From assembly GCA_964016885.1 (NCBI GenBank), contig CAXHJY010000380.1, forward strand, positions 1 to 61,305: a DNA stretch of 61,305 bases. Direction: 5' to 3'. This document shows positions 39,927 through 52,814 of the stretch, piece by piece. A model generated the notes under the pieces. The model was not told the origin of the DNA. It searched no databases and saw only the letters and a list, made by a program, of their open reading frames with translations. A program made the position numbers and the translations under genes. The DNA comes from Eledone cirrhosa (Eukaryota). Within the stretch, counting starts at the first letter, position 1. Each line of letters opens with the position of its first letter.

Positions 39927-40235
39927 AGTATATGTTGGTTGTATACCAACACCTCAGTATGCAGATTGGAGCATTCGACGAAGTGCGCAGGTTGGTTTGG
40001 TTACTCCGGAGTAATATAATCCGGAGTAAAATAAAATAAGTCAAATGTTTAAAATTTGGCTTCGTTTATTACTGCTGTATATAATTCGGTGAGACGAGTA
40101 CACATGTTGTTGAGGTGTCACCTCGACAACATGTGTACTCGTCTCTACCACACTAATTCGGACTGCCTGAAGAGGTCACAGCCAAAGATGGCTGTCACCG
40201 AAATATATACAGCAGTAATAAAATAAGCCAAATTA
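39925..40235. mobile_element. Fold-back element in (TA)n with a hammerhead at 40162-40216 (25385 family)
   Basis: ACTGC-CTGAAGA-GGTCACAGCCA-AAGA-TGGCTGTCACC-GAAATATATACA-GCAGT, with the cleavage triplet mutated. Inverted partner at 40065-40092; internal hairpin 40091-40145. Confidence 0.75.
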
Positions 40236-40276
40236 TATATATATATAATATATATATATATATAATATATATATAT

Positions 40277-40479
40277 AATGTGTGTATACAGAAATATATA
40301 TATATATATATAATGTGTGTATACAGAAATATATATATATATATATAATGTGTGTATACAGAAATATATATATATATATATAATGTGTGTATACAGAAAT
40401 ATATATATATATATATATATATATAATGTGTGTATACAGAAATATATATATATATATATATATGTGTGCGTGTATACAG

Positions 40480-40525
<46 letters not shown>

Positions 40526-40929
40526 ATACAGAAATATATATATATATATATGTGTGTGTGTGTATACAGAAATATATATATATGTGTGTGTGTGTATACA
40601 GAAATATATATATATATGTGTGTGTGTATACAGAAATATATATATATATATGTGTGTGTGTATACAGAAATATATATATATATATATGTGTGTGTGTATA
40701 CAGAAATATATATATATATATATATGTGTGTGTGTATACAGAAATATATATATATATATGTGTATATATGTGTGTGTGTGTATACAGAAATATATATATA
40801 TATATATGTGTGTGTGTGTATACAGAAATATATATATATGTGTGTGTGTGTGTATACAGAAATATATATATATATGTGTGTGTGTATACAGAAATATATA
40901 TATATATATATGTGTGTGTGTATACAGAA

Positions 40930-40961
<32 letters not shown>

Positions 40962-41129
40962 ATACAGAAATATATATATATATATATATGTGTGTATACA
41001 GATATATATATATATATGTGTGTGTGTGTGTATACAGAAATATATATATATATATGTGTGTCTGTGTATACAGAAATATATATATATATATGTGTGTATA
41101 CAGATATATATATATATGTATGTGTGTAT

Positions 41130-41175
<46 letters not shown>
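40277..41175. repeat. Compound minisatellite (TG)n-TATACAGAAA-(TA)n
   Basis: Constant 10-bp core with variable dinucleotide arms. Confidence 0.95.
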
Positions 41176-41178
<3 letters not shown>

Positions 41179-41689
41179 TTTTACAGCCGAACCATTAATC
41201 CACTACTGCACTGAAGTTGTGGTGGAGAAAATTCTAAGTATCTCTTTTAAGATGGGGTTACTAAAAGAGATACTTAGAATTTTCTATATATATGTCTAGG
41301 AAAACAAACTATAAATACGTTTGGTTTGTTATGTTTCTGCGTGTTAAAGCACACTGAAAGTGCAATGTTATACAACAAAACCTTTAACTGGAAGTTCTAG
41401 AAAGAAATATATCCAACCATTATGCTGATACTCCTGACTAAATGGTAATCTTTCTTGTATATAATCTCACACTTTTATTCCATGCACATATTTTATTACA
41501 TTTTAAATAAAGATGATATTTCTGCTCCTTGAAATATCTGCTACTTTTTGGTGTGAGTTTCCTGCAAAAATATTGTTTTGGGGCCAATAAAAGTATTTTG
41601 TTTCTAAGACTATCTCATCGCTGATAGCCCCCACAGCACCATCTGATGTTTCAAATATTAGGAAATATACTTATAAAGAACAGAATGGG

Positions 41690-41895
41690 TCACCATCATC
41701 ATCATCATCATCATCATCATCATTATCATTATCATCATTATCATTACCATCATCACCATCATCACCATCATCATCACCATCACCACCATCATCACCATCA
41801 TCATCATGATCATCATCATCATCATCATCATCATCATAGTCGCCGTCATCATAGTCGCCGTCATCATTATTCTCGTAATTATCATATTTGTCGTT

Positions 41896-41927
<32 letters not shown>

Positions 41928-42104
41928 TATCCTGATTATCATAATCCTCAATACCATCATCATCACCATTAACATCACCACCATTATCATCATCACCCCC
42001 ATCACCATTATCATCATCACTCCCATTAACATCATCACCCCCATCATCGCCCCCATCACCCCCATCATCATCACCATCACCAACATCACCATCACCATCA
42101 CCAT
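41690..42104. repeat. (CAT/CAC)n trinucleotide repeat
   Basis: Direct reading. Confidence 0.95.
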
Positions 42105-42190
42105 TCGTAAACTTTAAAGGAGCAGATTATGGAATATCCTTAGTCATTCACGTTTTTATTTTCATTCTTCCTCTTACTACACCTAGACTC

Positions 42191-42243
<53 letters not shown>

Positions 42244-42284
42244 GAGAGTAAAACAAAGAATCCTTTAATACATCAAAAGTTTTT

Positions 42285-42329
42285 ATTAGCCGACAATGTT
42301 TCGTCCTATTAAGGACTCATCAGGGCAAT
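42285..42329 (-). ncRNA. Minimal type I hammerhead ribozyme
   Basis: ATTGCC-CTGATGA-GTCC-TTAATA-GGAC-GAAAC-ATT-GTC-GGCTAAT. Confidence 0.85.
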
Positions 42330-42657
42330 CAAAACAACAAGAGGTAATTTCGGCAGATACAAGCCAGAAACTCTGAAGAATATGGAGTCTACATACACTA
42401 ATGTCTAACAAGGATATACGATAATAAAAATGAAGATAAAACTAATAAAATTATAATAACTAAGGATGTAGATAACATTAAGAACCATATTACAAATATG
42501 GTCCAAAGTCACCAACTTAAATCTAAACAAATTTGGTTATATAGAACAGGAATTATATATAACACAGTATAATACATTATAATAATAATATATCTATACC
42601 AACACTGAAATTCCAAATCAAAAATCAAAAGGTACAATATATACATGTATATATGTG

Positions 42658-42694
<37 letters not shown>

Positions 42695-44236
42695 TACAAT
42701 ACACATATCTATTTTCTATTACACAGAAATTAAGCCCTATTGGAAGTTTAAACATCAAAAATATTAAAAATAAGCATGGTAATAGTGAAAATAATGCTAA
42801 TACATCTACCCAATATACATGAGGCAATAATTACAAGAAACACTTATAATAAATAATAAACAACAAAATTATATAATATAATACAATATAATAAAGTAGA
42901 ATATATATAAAATAAGAATATATATAATCTCCGGTTAATTTACAGAAACAATATAGATGTCACAGTGAAATACAATGATAAGTTGTTAGCATTATATTAA
43001 CAATTACCATAATCAATATGTACAACATGGTTCATATTGGGTTACATAATAAATGGGGAAATATCAATCATATAATATAATACAATAATACTCAAAAAAA
43101 CTATATTGGTACAGGGAACAATTATGATGTTACAGAAAAAATATGTTGTTACAGAAAAAATATATAGACATCTAACATGATATGTAAAGTCTAAATACCG
43201 TAATGTTACATACTACAATATTAAAATATTAAAATATTAAAATATTAAAATATTAAAATATTAAAAAATATAAAGTTTAAGTATCTTAATGTTATATATA
43301 ATAAACGGTAAGTAATAAGGATCTAAATCATAATGTAATATATTTTAAAAATAGGCATATAATATATAAATAAATACTTATAATTTCAAGGTTAGTAGAC
43401 AGACATATGTGGATGAGCAAAGCCAGACAGTGAGTGGTAAATAAAAACAATCAACCGGAAATTACAAAACGAATCTAATGTATACACACTTAAGTTCCGG
43501 TTGATTGTTTTTATTTACCACTCACTGTCTGGCTTTGCTCATCCACATATGTCTGTCTACTAACCTTGAAATTATAAGTATTTATTTATATATTATATGC
43601 CTATTTTTAAAATATATTACATTATGATATAGATCCTTATTACTTACCGTTTATTATATATAACATTAAGATACTTAAACTTTATATTTTTTAATATTTT
43701 AATATTTTAATATTGTAGTATGTAACATTATGGTATTTAGACTTTACATATCATGTTAGATGTCTATATATTTTTTCTGTAACAACATATTTTTTCTGTA
43801 ACATCATAATTGTTCCCTGTACCAATATAGTTTTTTTGAGTATTATTGTATTATATTATATGATTGATATTTCCCCATTTATTATGTAACCCAATATGAA
43901 CCATGTTGTACATATTGATTATGGTAATTGTTAATATAATGCTAACAACTTATCATTGTATTTCACTGTGACATCTATATTGTTTCTGTAAATTAACCGG
44001 AGATTATATATATTCTTATTTTATATATATTCTACTTTATTATATTGTATTATATTATATAATTTTGTTGTTTATTATTTATTATAAGTGTTTCTTGTAA
44101 TTATTGCCCCATGTATATTGGGTAGATGTATTAGCATTATTTTCACTATTACCATGTTTATTTTTAATATTTTTGATGTTTAAACTTCCAATAGGGCTTA
44201 ATTTCTGTGTAATAGAAAATAGATATGTGTATTGTA

Positions 44237-44296
<60 letters not shown>

Positions 44297-44623
44297 ACAT
44301 ATATACATGTATATATTGTACCTTTTGATTTTTGATTTGGAATTTCAGTGTTGGTATAGATATATTATTATTATAATGTATTATACTGTGTTATATATAA
44401 TTCCTGTTCTATATAACCAAATTTGTTTAGATTTAAGTTGGTGACTTTCGACCATATTTGTAATATGGTTCTTAATGTTATCTACATCCTTAGTTATTAT
44501 AATTTTATTAGTTTTATCTTCATTTTTATTATCGTATATCCTTGTTAGACATTAGTGTATGTAAACTCCATATTCTTCAGAGTTTCTGGCTTGTATCTGC
44601 CGAAATTACCTCTTGTTGTTTTG

Positions 44624-44668
44624 ATTTCCCTGATGAGTCCTTAATAGGACGAAACATTGTCGGCTAAT
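44624..44668 (+). ncRNA. Minimal type I hammerhead ribozyme (mirror copy)
   Basis: Same motif; stem I carries a G>T change (ATTTCC). Confidence 0.8.
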
Positions 44669-44811
44669 AAAAACTTTTGATGTATTAAAGGATTCTTTGT
44701 TTTACTCTCTTAATGTTTCGGCTCTGTTTAACTGCATTGAGCTATACCTTTTACTGTCATTTCTATAATACGAAGAGGGTGTTTGACTCAAACACGCTCC
44801 AGTATTCTAAT

Positions 44812-45177
<366 letters not shown>

Positions 45178-45199
45178 TATATATATATATATATATATA

Positions 45200-45445
45200 A
45201 TAGCTTTCACTGTACTTTTCCACTAAAGAAATTTTAGTCTGATAATGGAGTTTAGAAGCCTCAGATAAATGGGAAAAGATGAGTATTGACGTACATGTAC
45301 GTCAATACTCATCTTTTCCCATTTATCTGAGGCTTCTAAACCCCATTATCAGACTAAAATTTCTTCAGCTTTCACAGTACTTTTCAACTATTCTATTTTC
45401 TAATTGCAAGCCTGCTCACTGTTTCAAAACATACTTACTTGTCAT
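45200..45445 (+). mobile_element. Second fold-back copy of the 17451 tRNA-headed family
   Basis: GTACGTCAATACTCATCTTTTCCCATTT...AAACCCCATTATCAG...GTTTCAAAACATACTTAC aligns with 17546-17687. Inverted about 45295; (TA)n on both sides. Confidence 0.75.
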
Positions 45446-45464
45446 ATATATATATACTTACTTG

Positions 45465-45507
<43 letters not shown>

Positions 45508-45509
<2 letters not shown>

Positions 45510-45600
45510 AAAATGTTTAACCCCGACGGCAGAGCTCAAGTCGTTTCGATAGCTATTTATGGACAGAAATAGTCGTCGAAACGGCTTCAGCTCTGCCGTC
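45508..45600. mobile_element. Small fold-back copy of the 24968 family
   Basis: GACGGCAGAGCT...AGCTCTGCCGTC. Confidence 0.7.
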
Positions 45601-45735
45601 TGAGCTGGGATGGGATGGGATGGGATGGGATGGGATGGGATGGCGAGGCGAGGTTGGGCTAGGCCAGGGTAAGGTAAGGTAAGACATTAACATTTATACG
45701 CATTCCTTTATACACTCAAATACACAATTCGTATA

Positions 45736-45829
<94 letters not shown>

Positions 45830-47338
45830 AATTATATACATGCCAATGTCGTGGTGAACTAAAAAGATGACACGGAAATATATAAAGAATTATCTTTCTT
45901 TGCCAGAACCGACCATGGCTGCAGGCCCTCTTTCTAACAGACTAGATACTTTCTTGTCGCTTCTCTCTTCCGCCATTTCTTATATCATTTAACACCAGAA
46001 GTAGAAGCATGGCTAAATTTACTTAACTTCTCATCTATTCATTGAAAATACATTTTTATGAATAGTTTTATTTTTAATTTCAAAATTTACAATATGTCTG
46101 CACTTATGCAACACACGCACGCACGCGGACAGACAGACCTACCATGGGTGCCACATAAAGGGGCCGCCACTTGGACTAGGAGCATGTTCTATTAAAGTCA
46201 AATATGCCTCGTTAATATGCCAAATATGCCATCCTTCAGATGTATGACCTGTCGCTGATTATCAGGGGTGAGAAGACTATGGTGGCTGGATCATTAAACC
46301 ATTATATAAATTATTATTGGTGCTCTGAAATAAAACATACAGTATATTATTAAATATACAATACGTACATGCATTTATATAAATTATTAGGCTCATAGGT
46401 AAAAATACAGTGCTTGGGCAGGGGTGCAATTTTACTGCTTGCCATAGGGGCTATTTTCCCTAGATATGCCTCTGCACACATACGTACGCATAATTTCAAA
46501 AAAGCAAATTGTAAGAGTTACAATATCCAGGCATTAACGTTACAAATTAAGTGAAATATCTCCAATCAAAACCGGGAATCGAATTCGGTTCCTCAGTAGC
46601 TAATCTTATTCCATTTTCAATGAAGTACACTTTTCCTTTCTAAATCATACCAATCTTTCACAAAAAAAAGGGAAACGTCTCGCTGTTCTGTTATGGATTT
46701 TTTTCTCGGGCATTCACCCCCACTAAAACACCCACATTTCTGAATAAATACTGCGCCCGATTTCGAGTTGTTTGTCTGAGAAGAAAAAAAAAGATTGTTT
46801 TTTACACCATTATTAAAGTTATTTACCAGCGTCAGTAGAAAATAAGAAATAAGAACCCCCCCCCCCCCCCCCCAAAAAAAAAATACAAGAGATTTAGGTC
46901 GGTTAACGAGGCGAGTGAAATCCAACCTTAAAACACGGTTAGACAAAGTAAACCAATAACACAAGTCCTGCTTTAATATCTGTCACTTAAAACGATAATC
47001 TTCCATTTACTGGTCGTCTTACTAAAAGAAAACCAGATGTTACTCATTTCTCATCTTATGTCATAAGATCTCGGGATAGCTTCCTTTCTTCCAGTTCCAA
47101 TAACTGTTAACTCACATTTTCCTGTCTTTCTCTACGTCACTAATGTTTACAAATGATTGACCGATTTAAACCAAAACTATTCAAGCAGACACTATACTGT
47201 AAACATGATCTACATACTTATAAACATTCACGTACTTAAGCATACCGCGCACGCACCACACACACGACACCACACACACCACACACACCACACACACCAC
47301 ACACCACACCACACCACACCACACCACACCACACCACA

Positions 47339-47384
<46 letters not shown>

Positions 47385-47507
47385 ACGTACAAACAAACAC
47401 AAGTGTACATCCCTCACATTGTTATATGTGTGTACAAATATATTAATTTGTGTGTGTGTATATGTGTTTGTTAGTGAATTTCTTTGTGTGTGAATCTATA
47501 TATGCAT

Positions 47508-47551
<44 letters not shown>

Positions 47552-47556
<5 letters not shown>

Positions 47557-50500
47557 GAAGAGAGAAGAAACATTTAGATATAATTAGTAATAAAATGTAT
47601 CATACCTAAACTGTTCCTAAATTCCTCGACTACGTAGTTTCGTGGCATGAAGTTGGCACCCTTAACTCACAGTTGGGTGCGGATGCATTCATGTATATAT
47701 GTGTGTGTCCGCATGTATCTGTGTGTTTCTAAATATATTAATAACTCCCTCTGGTCGAGCAATCTTTGAAGTGTGGGGACAACTGGAAAGCTTCCATTAC
47801 TCATACTTCTCGCCTTCTTCACTACCTCTTCTACGGCCTCGATATGAATACCCCCTCCGCCTCCGTGGTATTTTCTTCGTGGTTATAAGAGGCTTAGCTC
47901 TGTTTCTCGACCGTTATATCGCGTGACTGTCTCCCCCTCCGCCTTTTGGGATTCTTTCTCACGTCGTGTAGACGCGTTCTTGAGACTAGTAAAATGAGGT
48001 ATCCTCTTGATAAGTCGGCAGACCTCGCAAGGACTCTATATCTTTGATATATTGTTTTTGTTTATGCCACGAAACTACGTAGTCGAGGAATTTAGGAACA
48101 GTTTAGGTATGATACATTTTATTACTAATTATATCTAAATGTTTCTTCTCTCTTCATAATGTATTTTTAACTCTGATACTGGTTCAGTCTGGTTCAAACT
48201 GAATTGGTCTGTCCCAGTCATTCATTGAGCAACATCGGTGAAGTTGGCACCCTTAACTCACAGTTGGGTGCGGATGCATTCATGTATATATGTGTGTGTC
48301 CGCATGTATCTGTGTGTTTCTAAATATATTAATAACTCCCTCTGGTCGAGCAATCTTTGAAGTGTGGGGACAACTGGAAAGCTTCCATTACTCATACTTC
48401 TCGCCTTCTTCACTACCTCTTCTACGGCCTCGATATGAATACCCCCTCCGCCTCCGTGGTATTTTCTTCGTGGTTATAAGAGGCTTAGCTCTGTTTCTCG
48501 ACCGTTATATCGCGTGACTGTCTCCCCCTCCGCCTTTTGGGATTCTTTCTCACGTCGTGTAGACGCGTTCTTGAGACTAGTAAAATGAGGTATCCTCTTG
48601 ATAAGTCGGCAGACCTCGCAAGGACTCTATATCTTTGATATATTGTTTTTGTTTATGCCACGAAACTACGTAGTCGAGGAATTTAGGAACAGTTTAGGTA
48701 TGATACATTTTATTACTAATTATATCTAAATGTTTCTTCTCTCTTCATAATGTATTTTTAACTCTGATACTGGTTCAGTCTGGTTCAAACTGAATTGGTC
48801 TGTCCCAGTCATTCATTGAGCAACATCGGTGAAGTTGGCACCCTTAACTCACAGTTGGGTGCGGATGCATTCATGTATATATGTGTGTGTCCGCATGTAT
48901 CTGTGTGTTTCTAAATATATTAATAACTCCCTCTGGTCGAGCAATCTTTGAAGTGTGGGGACAACTGGAAAGCTTCCATTACTCATACTTCTCGCCTTCT
49001 TCACTACCTCTTCTACGGCCTCGATATGAATACCCCCTCCGCCTCCGTGGTATTTTCTTCGTGGTTATAAGAGGCTTAGCTCTGTTTCTCGACCGTTATA
49101 TCGCGTGACTGTCTCCCCCTCCGCCTTTTGGGATTCTTTCTCACGTCGTGTAGACGCGTTCTTGAGACTAGTAAAATGAGGTATCCTCTTGATAAGTCGG
49201 CAGACCTCGCAAGGACTCTATATCTTTGATATATTGTTTTTGTTTATGCCACGAAACTACGTAGTCGAGGAATTTAGGAACAGTTTAGGTATGATACATT
49301 TTATTACTAATTATATCTAAATGTTTCTTCTCTCTTCATAATGTATTTTTAACTCTGATACTGGTTCAGTCTGGTTCAAACTGAATTGGTCTGTCCCAGT
49401 CATTCATTGAGCAACATCGGTGAAGTTGGCACCCTTAACTCACAGTTGGGTGCGGATGCATTCATGTATATATGTGTGTGTCCGCATGTATCTGTGTGTT
49501 TCTAAATATATTAATAACTCCCTCTGGTCGAGCAATCTTTGAAGTGTGGGGACAACTGGAAAGCTTCCATTACTCATACTTCTCGCCTTCTTCACTACCT
49601 CTTCTACGGCCTCGATATGAATACCCCCTCCGCCTCCGTGGTATTTTCTTCGTGGTTATAAGAGGCTTAGCTCTGTTTCTCGACCGTTATATCGCGTGAC
49701 TGTCTCCCCCTCCGCCTTTTGGGATTCTTTCTCACGTCGTGTAGACGCGTTCTTGAGACTAGTAAAATGAGGTATCCTCTTGATAAGTCGGCAGACCTCG
49801 CAAGGACTCTATATCTTTGATATATTGTTTTTGTTTATGCCACGAAACTACGTAGTCGAGGAATTTAGGAACAGTTTAGGTATGATACATTTTATTACTA
49901 ATTATATCTAAATGTTTCTTCTCTCTTCATAATGTATTTTTAACTCTGATACTGGTTCAGTCTGGTTCAAACTGAATTGGTCTGTCCCAGTCATTCATTG
50001 AGCAACATCGGTGAAGTTGGCACCCTTAACTCACAGTTGGGTGCGGATGCATTCATGTATATATGTGTGTGTCCGCATGTATCTGTGTGTTTCTAAATAT
50101 ATTAATAACTCCCTCTGGTCGAGCAATCTTTGAAGTGTGGGGACAACTGGAAAGCTTCCATTACTCATACTTCTCGCCTTCTTCACTACCTCTTCTACGG
50201 CCTCGATATGAATACCCCCTCCGCCTCCGTGGTATTTTCTTCGTGGTTATAAGAGGCTTAGCTCTGTTTCTCGACCGTTATATCGCGTGACTGTCTCCCC
50301 CTCCGCCTTTTGGGATTCTTTCTCACGTCGTGTAGACGCGTTCTTGAGACTAGTAAAATGAGGTATCCTCTTGATAAGTCGGCAGACCTCGCAAGGACTC
50401 TATATCTTTGATATATTGTTTTTGTTTATGCCACGAAACTACGTAGTCGAGGAATTTAGGAACAGTTTAGGTATGATACATTTTATTACTAATTATATCT

Positions 50501-50684
50501 AAATGTTTCTTCTCTCTTCATAATGTATTTTTAACTCTGATACTGGTTCAGTCTGGTTCAAACTGAATTGGTCTGTCCCAGTCATTCATTGAGCAACATC
50601 GGTGAAGTTGGCACCCTTAACTCACAGTTGGGTGCGGATGCATTCATGTATATATGTGTGTGTCCGCATGTATCTGTGTGTTTC

Positions 50685-50693
<9 letters not shown>
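47552..50693 (+). mobile_element. Candidate retrozyme: 591-bp unit x about 5.15 with an inverted 5' segment, inserted in (TA)n
   Basis: Period 591 (47649 to 48240, etc.); units look identical. 47552-47648 is the reverse complement of 48064-48160. One HHR per unit; (TA)n on both flanks. Confidence 0.85.
48002..48089 (+). ncRNA. Type I hammerhead, U3-A8 variant (copies also at 48593, 49184, 49775, 50366)
   Basis: TCCTC-TTGATAA-GT(C)GGCA-[44-nt insert]-TGCCAC-GAAACTACGTAGTC-GAGGA; GUC cleavage after 48084. Confidence 0.75.
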
Positions 50694-50747
<54 letters not shown>

Positions 50748-50984
50748 TTGTGAATATATATATATTTATATATATATATAGTTTAGCGAGGTTTTTTATA
50801 TGAAATCGTGTGTCGAAACAGATATTGTTATACTTGGGGAGGGTCATATTTGCGTAATATTGCCAGAATTAATAACAGAACACACTCACTGTTTGGTTGG
50901 TTTTCGCTTCTCGCTGTCTTTTATATCTGCGATCTAACTTACTCGGTCCTCAATGTTGCCATTGACTGACCGACGGTCAAAAAT

Positions 50985-51042
50985 AATTGTTTCTACTTTT
51001 GGCACAAGGCCAGCAATTATCCCAGTGTATTACTGGTACTTT
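50985..51042 (-). mobile_element. SINE 3' fragment inserted into one pLTR
   Basis: Present here, absent from the 52440-52770 copy. Confidence 0.85.
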
Positions 51043-51397
51043 ACACAAACACATATATATAGTTTACATAATTTACATAAATCTTTCTTTGCACATCTGC
51101 AACATCGTCAGTGGTGTTATATTCTTTGTTCCTCCTGTTGTGTTGTATGTCTACGCCATTGTTTATTCAGTCTGTCTATATATTTATTTATTTATTTGCT
51201 TGTCTGTTTATCTTATTTTATTTTGTCTTCTTTGCGCATGCGTTTGCGTGTGTGAATAGTGTTATGTGTGCTGTGTGACTAGTGTGTATAGTGTTGTGTC
51301 TGCTGGGTGACTAGTGTGTGTTTATGTGCTTGTTGTTATTGTGCTTGTGTATGTATTTATTTATCTTATTTTATTTTATTTTATTTTATTTACTTAT

Positions 51398-52435
51398 TTA
51401 TACTTCTCTTAGGTCAGTGTTGTTTGTTTGGGTGTTGTTGTTGTTCCACTCATTCTTTCTGTTTAGCTTTGGTCTTCTAATTTCTATTTCACTGGCCTCT
51501 CTGATTTGCCTATCTGCTGGGTCATTCCTATGTTTAGATATTATTCTAATTTCTATGTTGTCTATGTTACCGTCATGTTGTTGTCTAGCATGTTCGTATA
51601 GTACTGACCCGTTTTTTCGTCCTTTTAGTTCCCCCCAGTGTTGGTCTATCCTTTCACCTATGCTACGAGCTGTCTCACCTATGTATGTTGTTGTCATGTT
51701 TCTGCAAGTACCCTCTGTACATCTTATGCTATAGACTACGTTTCTAGTTTTACAGTTTATCCGGGGGTTCACCTTACATATGATACATTTCCTATTGGTA
51801 CAGTGGGTTTTCTTAAAAGGGTAGGTTTTGCTGATCAGGGATTTTATGGTGGTTCCTGGCTTTTTTACCACCTTTATTTTTAAGTGGGTCTTTCTCAGGG
51901 CCTTTCTACACTGGTTAGCTAATTTCCCTCCAGGGGTGGCGTCCACAAACATGACACTCTGATATCTCTGGTTGTCGTACCATGATGTGGCCTTCCTTAT
52001 CTTATGTCTAGCCCTATCTAAGCTATTCCATGATTTGCTCCTGTATAGTGGGCAAATTCCTTTCATGTCCAGTTCTATGAGGGTCTTATACTTTTCCATG
52101 GCTCCTTCGTATACTCTGACTCTGTCTCTTTGGTTGTAGCCAGAGAACTGCATGCGGTTGATGAAGTGTTGGATGTGTCTTTCCATTTCTGTTGGGTCGC
52201 ACATGCTGGACACATTCTTCATCACTCGTACCAAATCTGCGATCAGAATATTAAACTTAGCACTACTGGACATTGCTGAGTTTTTGAGTATCAGGTATTG
52301 GGAGGCCATGGGTTTAGCATAGTGTGAGTGGAGAATTTGGGCTCTCTCGTCTATAGTGTTAATCCAGAGTTCTGTGTCTAATACCGGTAGTCTATTGTTA
52401 GGGTGTTTGGAAGGGAAGTCGATAGTTACAGTTAT
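51398..52435 (-). CDS. PLE polyprotein C-terminus: RT thumb, C-x4-C-x2-C linker, GIY-YIG endonuclease (5'-truncated)
   Basis: LPVLD, YAKPMAS, SAM, FSGY, CTNRKCIIC, NVVYSIRC..C....YIGETARSIGERIDQH, H...H, RQIREA..I...PKLN; about 345 uninterrupted codons. The ORF's first ~29 aa come from the inverted pLTR. Confidence 0.9.
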   Translation of the reverse strand: MTVTIDFPSKHPNNRLPVLDTELWINTIDERAQILHSHYAKPMASQYLILKNSAMSSSAKFNILIADLVRVMKNVSSMCDPTEMERHIQHFINRMQFSGYNQRDRVRVYEGAMEKYKTLIELDMKGICPLYRSKSWNSLDRARHKIRKATSWYDNQRYQSVMFVDATPGGKLANQCRKALRKTHLKIKVVKKPGTTIKSLISKTYPFKKTHCTNRKCIICKVNPRINCKTRNVVYSIRCTEGTCRNMTTTYIGETARSIGERIDQHWGELKGRKNGSVLYEHARQQHDGNIDNIEIRIISKHRNDPADRQIREASEIEIRRPKLNRKNEWNNNNTQTNNTDLREV

Positions 52436-52763
52436 AAATAAAAAAATAAATATATAGACAGACTGAATAAAAAATGGCGTAGACATACAACACAACAGGA
52501 GGAACAAATAATATAACACCACTGACGATGTTGCAGATGTGCAACGAAAGATTTATGTAAATTATGTAAACTATATATATGTGTTTGTGTCTGTATTGTA
52601 TCTGTATTATTTTTGACCGTCGGTCAGTCAATGGCAACATTGAGGACCGAGTAAGTTAGATCGCAGATATAAAAGACAGCGAGAAGCGAAAACCAACCAA
52701 ACAGTGAGTGTGTTCTGTTATTAATTCTGGCAATATTACGCAAATATGACCCTCCCCAAGTAT

Positions 52764-52814
<51 letters not shown>

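Larger units (their letters stand above)
50755..52770 (-). mobile_element. 5'-truncated Penelope-like retroelement with 3' pLTR and inverted 5' pLTR, in (TA)n
   Basis: pLTR at about 50755-51195 with an inverted copy at about 52440-52770 flanking an RT-thumb + GIY-YIG ORF. HHR core at +52522-52549 and -51084-51111. Confidence 0.9.

Noticed and set aside
41646-42117. Poly-His / poly-Met / poly-Ile proteins
   Set aside because: A (CAT)n microsatellite read in different frames.
45606-45645. (GGGAT)n G-quadruplex or telomere-like repeat
   Set aside because: A short simple repeat, not TTAGGG, with no context suggesting function.
47699-47926. 75-aa ORF repeated five times as a tandem gene cluster
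   Set aside because: No recognisable motif, and it starts in a TG-rich hairpin. Its recurrence simply follows the 591-bp unit. Translation from a circular RNA cannot be excluded but is unsupported.
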